The notes under the pieces are model-generated. The model did no database searches, had not been told where the DNA came from, and saw nothing but the letters and a program-made list of their open reading frames with translations. From an uncultured bacterium (GTDB lineage Bacteria; Muiribacteriota; Ozemobacteria; Ozemobacterales; Ozemobacteraceae): DNA of 64,000 nucleotides. Of this stretch, positions 57,634 through 64,000 are shown piece by piece. The stretch is taken from NCBI GenBank assembly GCA_964389325.1, contig CAYMEN010000006.1, positions 84,357-148,356 on the forward strand, written 5' to 3'. The translations under genes and the position numbers were made by a program. Numbering within the stretch: position 1 is the first letter of the stretch; every line of letters starts with the position of its first letter.

Positions 57634-58811
57634 GCCTCTTTGCGGCGAAGACAAAGCCCCGCATTCTCCTGGTCGACGACGATCCGGCCCTTCAGACGTC
57701 GTACAGCCGCGATCTCTCCTCCATGTGGGACGTATCCTCGGCCGGAGACGGAACCATGGGACTGCGCGCCGTCGAGGCCGGCCCCGCGTTCGCGGTCGTC
57801 GTTTCCAACTTCCGGATGCCCGGCATGGACGGCGCGGCTTTTCTCGGGAAGGTGAAAGAGATCTCACCGGAAACGACCCGCATCATGCTCACGGGCGAAT
57901 TGGACCTCAGGGTCGCCGTCCAGGCCGTGAACGAGGGCAATATTTTCCGTTTCCTGACCAAGCCGTGCTCGGCGGATCATCTTCAGACGGCTCTTGCAGA
58001 AGGACTGAGGATGCACGAACTCGTCCTGGCCGAAAAAGCCGCCAGGAGCCAGGAACTCCATATCGCAAGCGAGATACAGCAGACACTCCTGTTCGGAAAC
58101 GTGCCGGCGGTCGTGAGCGGCGTGGATTTCGCCTGTTTCACCCAGCCATCCCAGGGAATCGACGGCGATTTCATCGACATCATCGAGCACCGCACCGGCT
58201 GTTTCGACGTCATCGTCGGCGATGTGATGGGAAAGGGCCTTCACGCGGCGCTCATCGGCGCGGGAACGAAGCACGCGTTCGCGCGGGCGTTCGGCCGCCT
58301 CGCCATCGCGAACTGCGAAGCAGGCTCGCAGGAAATTCCCTCACCCGAAATGATCGTCCGGCGCGTGCACGAGGACGTCGGCGAGAACCTCGCCATGCTC
58401 GACAGCTTCGCCACCCTGGTGTATGCGAGATTCGACCTGAAGGCCCACAAACTCATCTGGGTCGACGCCGGACACACGACGAGCCTCGTATACTCCGCGA
58501 AAAACCGCCGTTTCACGCGCCTGAAGGGCGATTTTCAGCCGCTCGGCTTCCCGGAACTCAAGCGGTATCACCAGTCCGAGCACCCGATCAGGCCGGGCGA
58601 TATTGCCTTTTTCTATTCTGACGGCTTCACCGAACGACGAAATGCCGAAGGCCTCATGTTTGGCATCGAAGGCCTCGAAGCCCTCATCGCCGCATCCCCC
58701 GAAATCCCGCCAAAAGCTCTCCTCGAAACCATTTTCAAGCAAGTCTCCGAGTTCGGCGGCAACACCCCCTTCACCGACGACCTCACCGGCATCCTGGTAA
58801 AAATCCGATAG
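57630..58811 (+). CDS. Response regulator with a receiver domain and a PP2C-type (SpoIIE/RsbU-like) phosphatase.
   Basis: Receiver ILLVDDDPA...FAVVVSNFRMPGMDG...KP. PP2C-like residues DGDFIDII...DVMGKGLHAAL...GDIAFFYSDGFTE...FTDDLTGILVKI. ATGA overlap with the previous gene. Confidence 0.85.
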   Translation: MSLFAAKTKPRILLVDDDPALQTSYSRDLSSMWDVSSAGDGTMGLRAVEAGPAFAVVVSNFRMPGMDGAAFLGKVKEISPETTRIMLTGELDLRVAVQAVNEGNIFRFLTKPCSADHLQTALAEGLRMHELVLAEKAARSQELHIASEIQQTLLFGNVPAVVSGVDFACFTQPSQGIDGDFIDIIEHRTGCFDVIVGDVMGKGLHAALIGAGTKHAFARAFGRLAIANCEAGSQEIPSPEMIVRRVHEDVGENLAMLDSFATLVYARFDLKAHKLIWVDAGHTTSLVYSAKNRRFTRLKGDFQPLGFPELKRYHQSEHPIRPGDIAFFYSDGFTERRNAEGLMFGIEGLEALIAASPEIPPKALLETIFKQVSEFGGNTPFTDDLTGILVKIR

Positions 58812-58862
58812 CCCGCCGACACTCAATTCCCAAACCGTCTGAACCAAACCCATGCTTCCGTA

Positions 58863-58885
58863 GGGGTGGGTTTGAAACCCGCCCC
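58863..58885. terminator. GC hairpin (GGGGTGGG-TTTGAAA-CCCGCCCC) between convergent genes; copy 1 of a 27-nt hairpin repeat.
   Basis: 8-bp stem with one G-U pair and a 7-nt loop. No U tract. A near-identical element lies at 60656-60684. Confidence 0.45.
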
Positions 58886-58922
58886 AATCGCGTCAAACGA
58901 TTACTTATTTCGATATTTTATA

Positions 58923-60641
58923 TTATATTGAAACCAATATTTCCTTGGCATCTGCGGGATCGACATACATGGTCTTCTGATGCGTATAATTGACACGCCC
59001 GGCACCGCCGCCGGGAATGCGTTTGATATGCGCGATATCCGTATAATCGACCGGCACCTTCGAACTCTGCCGCGCGAAACTGAACCAGGCGGCAAGCACG
59101 GCACCACGTCTCAGATCTTCGTCGGTCAGCGGCCCGCCCGGCCGACGGGCAACAACATGCGCCCCCGGAACGTCATTGGCGTGAAACCAGATATCACCAC
59201 GCTTTCCGATCTGGAAGGTGACGAGATCGTTCTGCCGCCCGTTGCGCCCGACATAAAACCGGCATCCGTCTATCTCGACAAGCGGTTTGACGGCCTTCGC
59301 GGCAACCCGTGCCCGTTCGGCATCGTTTCGGCCTGCATGAGCACCTCTGCGCCTGCTCGGTTTTGCCGATGGGAGAGCCACCAGATCTGCGGCCGAATCG
59401 GCGTTTTCGCACAACCAGATCTGTTCGCGAAGCCAGGCAAGGTCGCCCTGCAGGTCGGTAATACGCCGGGCCGTCTCTTCGCGCCCCCGCAGAGCTTTTT
59501 TATAGCGATGAAAATATCTCTGGGCGTTTTGAGCCGGCGTGCGAAGAGGATCGAGCGGAATGACGACCTCGGTGCCGGTTTCCCAGTCGGTCAGCCGAAT
59601 TTCCGTTGAGCGTGGAGCGATGTCTCGGCTGTGTGTAAGCAGCAGGTCTCCGCAGCGGCGCCATGCTTCGGCATCGGCATAGTCGCACTGAAGCGACTTC
59701 TGAGCCTCGAGCAGCCGCTCCTTCACCTTCAGATCGCGCTCGAAACCGGCCCTGGCCTGCTCCCGAAGCGATTCGAGCCGCTTCGGTCGAAGAAGTTCTG
59801 TTTCAAGCATGGCCAGGGCCGCATTGACGGTTGCCGCTTCACGCACACCGGCGCCGGCCGCGACGAGATGTCTCGCCTCGAATACGCTGAGAACCGGGGC
59901 ACGGCCCGGAGGGGTATAGATTCTGACGGGGGTTTCCAACGCAGCGGCCTCGACGGCAAGATCGAGAAGCAGAGCGACCGCATCCCGTTCGAAAGCTGCC
60001 GTGCGTCTGAAAGCGAGTTCCTTTGCTGAAAGGGGTGAAAACGCCGTCAGCCGGTCTGGCCATGTCTTCGAAGGCGCTGCGAGAATTTCGCCCAAAAGTT
60101 CATTCGATGCCGTTGCCGGGTTGAGCATGTTCGCGGACGGCGCCGCCGGCGACCGATATCCCTCGCGGGGGCGATTGTTGCCCGTCTGGCGCGCCTGTTC
60201 GATGACGACCCCGTCGGCGTCGCAGAGAAGCAGGTTCGCGATCCGCCCGGTGAACTCACCGACCAGCGAAAACCGCTTCGCCGTCTGAAAGAATGCATCC
60301 CGGGTCACCAACCGCCACCGCACAATGCGGTCGTTCGCACATCCGGGCGCCGTTTCATAAAGTTCCAGACCTTCGATGCGCCCATCTTTGAGATGCTTGC
60401 TCATCACCCGCGCCAGAGGCGACTCGATCGGCGACTCCTCCCAGCCAGTCGACAGCCGGAAGCCCTGCTGTTCAGGAGTCAGGTGAATCTGCAGACATTC
60501 CCATCCCGCCGGAGTTTTCAAAACCAGCCCGAACCCCGACGGCGCCAGGTCGACAGCACGCGCAACGATCGGCGGCCTTCCCTTCCAGAGCGCCGCCGTC
60601 TCCCCCACATGCCGCCGCAACACCGCAAAATCCATTGTCAT
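58923..60641 (-). CDS. NFACT-family protein (FbpA/RqcH-like, with a C-terminal DUF814/NFACT-R domain).
   Basis: The N-terminal NFACT-N pattern and the C-terminal GRNGRQNDLVTFQIGKRGDIWFHANDVPGAHVVAR are the DUF814 signature. Confidence 0.8.
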   Translation of the reverse strand: MTMDFAVLRRHVGETAALWKGRPPIVARAVDLAPSGFGLVLKTPAGWECLQIHLTPEQQGFRLSTGWEESPIESPLARVMSKHLKDGRIEGLELYETAPGCANDRIVRWRLVTRDAFFQTAKRFSLVGEFTGRIANLLLCDADGVVIEQARQTGNNRPREGYRSPAAPSANMLNPATASNELLGEILAAPSKTWPDRLTAFSPLSAKELAFRRTAAFERDAVALLLDLAVEAAALETPVRIYTPPGRAPVLSVFEARHLVAAGAGVREAATVNAALAMLETELLRPKRLESLREQARAGFERDLKVKERLLEAQKSLQCDYADAEAWRRCGDLLLTHSRDIAPRSTEIRLTDWETGTEVVIPLDPLRTPAQNAQRYFHRYKKALRGREETARRITDLQGDLAWLREQIWLCENADSAADLVALPSAKPSRRRGAHAGRNDAERARVAAKAVKPLVEIDGCRFYVGRNGRQNDLVTFQIGKRGDIWFHANDVPGAHVVARRPGGPLTDEDLRRGAVLAAWFSFARQSSKVPVDYTDIAHIKRIPGGGAGRVNYTHQKTMYVDPADAKEILVSI

Positions 60642-60655
60642 CCCCCAGGTGCGGT

Positions 60656-60684
60656 GTAGGGGCGGGTTTGAAACCCGTCCCTAC
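60656..60684. terminator. GC hairpin (GTAGGGGCGGG-TTTGAAA-CCCGTCCCTAC); copy 2 of the 27-nt hairpin repeat, downstream of the PD40 gene.
   Basis: 11-bp stem with one G-U pair and the same TTTGAAA loop as copy 1. Confidence 0.45.
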
Positions 60685-60714
60685 AGAAATTGAATATCGC
60701 GACAGGCCGCGCGC

Positions 60715-61743
60715 TTACGGGATTACAACCGGATCCAGAGCAGTGCCGTCGAAGGGAAGCACACGCCGCGGCCCCTTTCCGCCGTTTGTCGTCAGGGCAA
60801 GCTTGAGCCGGCCTTCGTCATCACGGAAGCCATACAGATACTCGCCGCCAACCTGGATCGCCGGCCCCCAGTAATCCTGATCCTTGATGGGAAGAACGCG
60901 TTTGTTCTTCGCATCGGCAGCCATACTCATCGGCGTGCGGTCGAGATGACCCTGGATCGCCGAAAATGTGATGAGCTTTCCATCGGCCGCACACCAGGGG
61001 ACGGATGCCTTGAACCCTCGCGGAACGCCCGTCTCGTCGAAATAAGACTCGCCGCCGGCCAGTCGCGTCACGGTCTTGTCGGAAAGATTCACGCGGTACA
61101 GCGTCGCGCTCGTGAGCCTGCCGCTTTCAGCATCAGCGTATTCGAGAGCCGCGAACACCAGGTTCGTTGTATCGAGCCACTGAGGCCAGTCGAGCACGAG
61201 AATCGGACCGTCGCTTCCCTCATAGCCCGGCCGAACATCTTTCCCTTCAAGAAGAATCTTCTGCGTCCGGGCGTTCAGATTGACGATCGCGAGGCACGTA
61301 TTCATCAGCGGCGCCTCGGGATCCGGAGCATAGCTGACGGCTATGTGCAATCCGTCGGGTGAAAACGCCGGATGGGCGTATGCCCCCATGCCGATCGCGA
61401 AATTCTTCCAGGGCGCCTCCGGCGACTCGCTCTGCATGACATAGAGCGAAGAGGCACCGCCGGCATCCGAAACGAACGCAATCGTCTTTCCATCGGCGGT
61501 GACGGCCGGCTGCATCTCGGCACTGGATGCCGTCGTCAGGCGCGCAGCCTTCATCGATTCGAGATCGATCCGATACAGATCGGGATTCGCACCAATCTCC
61601 CCGGTGAAATACACAGCCGGTCCCGACCCGCACGATGCGGGAAGTGGGCCGCCGGCGCCCGGATGGCGCGGTTCAGGCGGACCCGCCCAGGCGGCGCCGG
61701 CCACACAAAGGCCAATCATCACTGCACACGCAAGTCGCTTCAT
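60715..61743 (-). CDS. Exported PD40/TolB-like beta-propeller repeat protein.
   Basis: Signal MKRLACAVMIGLCVAGAAWA. Repeated PD40-like segments (PAVTADGKTIAFVSD, PAFSPDGLHIAVSY, CAADGKLITFSA). Confidence 0.7.
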   Translation of the reverse strand: MKRLACAVMIGLCVAGAAWAGPPEPRHPGAGGPLPASCGSGPAVYFTGEIGANPDLYRIDLESMKAARLTTASSAEMQPAVTADGKTIAFVSDAGGASSLYVMQSESPEAPWKNFAIGMGAYAHPAFSPDGLHIAVSYAPDPEAPLMNTCLAIVNLNARTQKILLEGKDVRPGYEGSDGPILVLDWPQWLDTTNLVFAALEYADAESGRLTSATLYRVNLSDKTVTRLAGGESYFDETGVPRGFKASVPWCAADGKLITFSAIQGHLDRTPMSMAADAKNKRVLPIKDQDYWGPAIQVGGEYLYGFRDDEGRLKLALTTNGGKGPRRVLPFDGTALDPVVIP

Positions 61744-61936
61744 CAGAGAGAAACCCTCCCAACGCGGAATGTTCCTCCCCACCATACGTCAACCGGTCTT
61801 GCCGCGCAAATGGCGTGGTTCAACATGAACATGGTTTTGCCGTTGGATACCACGTCATATGCGCGCACGGCAGAGCGCGCCTACTTGCGGCATGATCGGG
61901 AAGGGGATAGCATATCGATGCGAGGTGTATGAATAC

Positions 61937-62947
61937 ATGTCCATCATGGGAAAACGCGTTCTCGTCACCGGTGCCGACGGTTTCATCGGCTCGCATCTGG
62001 CTGAAGAACTGGTCAGGCAGGGTCACCGCGTGCGCGCGTTTGTGCTCTACAATTCATTCAACAGCTGGGGCTGGCTCGATCACTCCACTGACGAAATCAA
62101 GCGCGAACTCGACATCTTCGCCGGCGACATCCGCGATCCTCACGGTGTGCGGCAGGCGATGCGCGACTGCGATATCGTGTTTCACCTCGCCGCCCTTATC
62201 ACCATTCCATATTCATATCATTCGCCCGATACCTATATCGATACGAATGTGAAGGGCACCCTCAACATCGTACAGGCCGCCCGCGAACTGGGCGTCTCGC
62301 GTGTTATCCACACATCTACGAGTGAGGTCTACGGCACGGCCCGGTTCGTCCCGATCACCGAAGATCACCCCCTTCAGCCTCAATCACCGTATTCCGCCTC
62401 GAAAATCGGCGCCGACCAGATCGCGCTGTCGTTCCATCACGCGTTCGGAACGCCGGTCAGCATCATCCGCCCGTTCAACACCTACGGCCCCCGCCAGTCA
62501 GCCCGCGCCGTCATCCCCACCATCATCACGCAGATCGCGGCAGGAAAGCGGAAGATCAGGCTCGGCGCCGTTTCCCCGACCCGCGATTTCAACTATATTT
62601 CCGATACCATCCGAGGATTCATCGCCGTCGCGGAGTCGACAAGAGCAGTCGGCCAAGTGATAAACATCGGAAGCAACTACGAGATTTCCATCGGTGATAC
62701 GGCCCGCCTCATCGCCGACGTCATGGGCGCGTCCATCGAGATCGAAACCGACGAACAGCGTCTGCGCCCCGAAAACAGCGAGGTCGAACGCCTCTGGGCC
62801 GGCAACGGAAAAGCCCGCGAACTCCTCGGCTGGGAACCCGCCTTCGCCGGCCGTGAGGGTCTCAGACGCGGCATCACCGAAACCGCCGTTTGGTTCGCAA
62901 AGCCGGAAAACCTCGTCAGGTATAAAATTGACAAATACAATATCTAA
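61937..62947 (+). CDS. NAD-dependent epimerase/dehydratase (SDR family; UDP-sugar 4-epimerase or 4,6-dehydratase-like).
   Basis: Rossmann motif VLVTGADGFIGSHL. Catalytic YxxxK in PYSASKIGAD. ORF-track start 61859; the ATG at 61937 or 61946 is preferred. Confidence 0.85.
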   Translation: MSIMGKRVLVTGADGFIGSHLAEELVRQGHRVRAFVLYNSFNSWGWLDHSTDEIKRELDIFAGDIRDPHGVRQAMRDCDIVFHLAALITIPYSYHSPDTYIDTNVKGTLNIVQAARELGVSRVIHTSTSEVYGTARFVPITEDHPLQPQSPYSASKIGADQIALSFHHAFGTPVSIIRPFNTYGPRQSARAVIPTIITQIAAGKRKIRLGAVSPTRDFNYISDTIRGFIAVAESTRAVGQVINIGSNYEISIGDTARLIADVMGASIEIETDEQRLRPENSEVERLWAGNGKARELLGWEPAFAGREGLRRGITETAVWFAKPENLVRYKIDKYNI

Positions 62948-62962
62948 TACTATTATAAAACG

Positions 62963-64000
62963 ATGACGGGCAAGCGGAAAATTTGTGTCATAACAGGCTC
63001 ACGCGCAGAGTATGGACTGCTGTCGCCCGTCATGCACGGGCTGACGCAGCATCCGGCATTTGAACTGCAAATTGTCGTGACCGGCGCCCATCTAAGCGCT
63101 GCCCATGGGAACACCATCCGCGCCATCGAGGAGGACGGGTTCACCATCAGCGAGCGCGTGAACCTGGGGCTGGCCGAAGACTCCGGGGCGGAACGCGCCA
63201 AAGCGGCAGGCAGGGGCATCTCCGGCTTCGCAGAAGTTTTTTCCCGGCTGGCTCCCGACCTCATTCTCGTTCTCGGAGACCGCTATGAAATTCTTGCGGC
63301 GGCAACGGCAGCGCTGTTGATGCGGATTCCCATCGCCCATATCGCCGGCGGTGATGTCACGGAAGGTGCCTTCGACGATGCAATACGACACAGCCTGACA
63401 AAGATTGCCCATCTTCATTTTGCGACGACGGAGTCGGCCGCCGCACGCATCCGGCAACTCGGCGAAGAGCCTGGCCGCATCGTCATCTCCGGCAGCACAG
63501 GCCTCGACATCATCAGGCAGATGCCCCTCCTTCAATGGCAGGACGTTGAACAACGCCTCGGCTTTTCCCTGCGCGAACGCAATCTACTGATCACCTTCCA
63601 TCCCGTCACGCTCGGCAACATTTCCGACGAACGCCAAATGGACGAGCTGCTTGCCGCTCTCGATATGCTTGGCCCCGATGTCGGCCTCGTTTTCACGGCA
63701 CCAAATGCAGATCCCGGCGAAATCGCAATCCGATCGAAGATTGATGAATTTCTCGCGACGCGTTCCAACGCCTGTTTCCGCGAATCACTCGGCCAGCTTC
63801 TGTATCTGAGCATGATGAACTGCTGTGACGCCGTCGTCGGCAACTCCTCGAGCGGCATCTACGAAGCCCCGTCTCTGAGGAAGCCGACGGTGAACATCGG
63901 CGACCGCCAGGCCGGCCGCGAGCGCGCCTCATCCGTGATAGACTGTCCTCCCGATCGCACCGCTATTGCGCAAGCCATCCGAAAGGCCTTCCACCTCGAC
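62963..64000 (+). CDS. UDP-N-acetylglucosamine 2-epimerase, hydrolysing type (NeuC/LegG-like); 3'-partial. It is absent from the ORF track because the frame runs off the window without a stop.
   Basis: Hand translation gives MTGKRKICVITGSRAEYGLLSPVMHGLTQHPAFELQIVVTGAHLSAAHGNTIRAIEEDGF...LVLGDRYEILAAATAALLMRIPIAHIAGGDVTEG...SGSTGLD. This is the NeuC family pattern (ICxxTGxRAEYG...VTGxHLS). Confidence 0.8.
   Translation, partial: MTGKRKICVITGSRAEYGLLSPVMHGLTQHPAFELQIVVTGAHLSAAHGNTIRAIEEDGFTISERVNLGLAEDSGAERAKAAGRGISGFAEVFSRLAPDLILVLGDRYEILAAATAALLMRIPIAHIAGGDVTEGAFDDAIRHSLTKIAHLHFATTESAAARIRQLGEEPGRIVISGSTGLDIIRQMPLLQWQDVEQRLGFSLRERNLLITFHPVTLGNISDERQMDELLAALDMLGPDVGLVFTAPNADPGEIAIRSKIDEFLATRSNACFRESLGQLLYLSMMNCCDAVVGNSSSGIYEAPSLRKPTVNIGDRQAGRERASSVIDCPPDRTAIAQAIRKAFHLD

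Overview
This is a high-GC (about 65-68%) bacterial chromosomal window that is densely coding, with about 55 genes and many long spurious antisense ORFs typical of GC-rich DNA. There are no rRNA or tRNA genes and no CRISPR array. Confidently recognised genes: a partial HAMP/class III adenylate cyclase, a B12-binding radical SAM enzyme, a clostripain-like C11 protease, a secreted ankyrin protein, periplasmic L-asparaginase II, a GH13 alpha-amylase-family enzyme, a GT2-methyltransferase fusion divergent from an EamA exporter, and an S8 subtilase. Also recognised are a penicillin-amidase (S45) family protein, a rubredoxin the ORF track missed (under 60 aa), a CheW-like protein, a Ycf46-like AAA ATPase, a tandem-PilZ protein, and rph-rdgB. 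Further recognised are an MBL hydrolase, ftsH, wecB-type UDP-GlcNAc 2-epimerase, an AmiC-like amidase, a hybrid sensor kinase, two response regulators (HDOD and PP2C outputs), an NFACT/RqcH-like protein, a PD40 propeller protein, an SDR epimerase/dehydratase, and a 3'-partial NeuC-type hydrolysing 2-epimerase that the ORF track also missed. Structures worth a second look: (1) an NHLP-like leader domain protein immediately upstream of the B12-rSAM enzyme, a possible proteusin-type RiPP pair. (2) A four-gene minus-strand operon encoding a DnaB-family ATPase paralog, a TPR protein, a HEAT protein and a giant PKD-repeat HExxH metalloprotease lipoprotein. (3) A two-block ~0.9-kb direct duplication (EamA 3' end plus a secreted-protein gene) whose second copy is pseudogenised (truncated EamA, TGG to TGA nonsense), flanking a ~1.7-kb low-GC island that carries a eukaryotic-like ankyrin protein. 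(4) A dispersed MITE-like intergenic repeat family with four copies in 64 kb. (5) A membrane protein and TPR domain that look like one frameshifted gene. (6) A ~100-nt extremely AT-rich palindromic island next to a strong bidirectional terminator. (7) A 27-nt hairpin repeat bracketing the NFACT gene. (8) A perfect GATAAT inverted repeat over the wecB stop, upstream of the amidase gene. All functional assignments rest on motif-level recognition by eye, with no database search.
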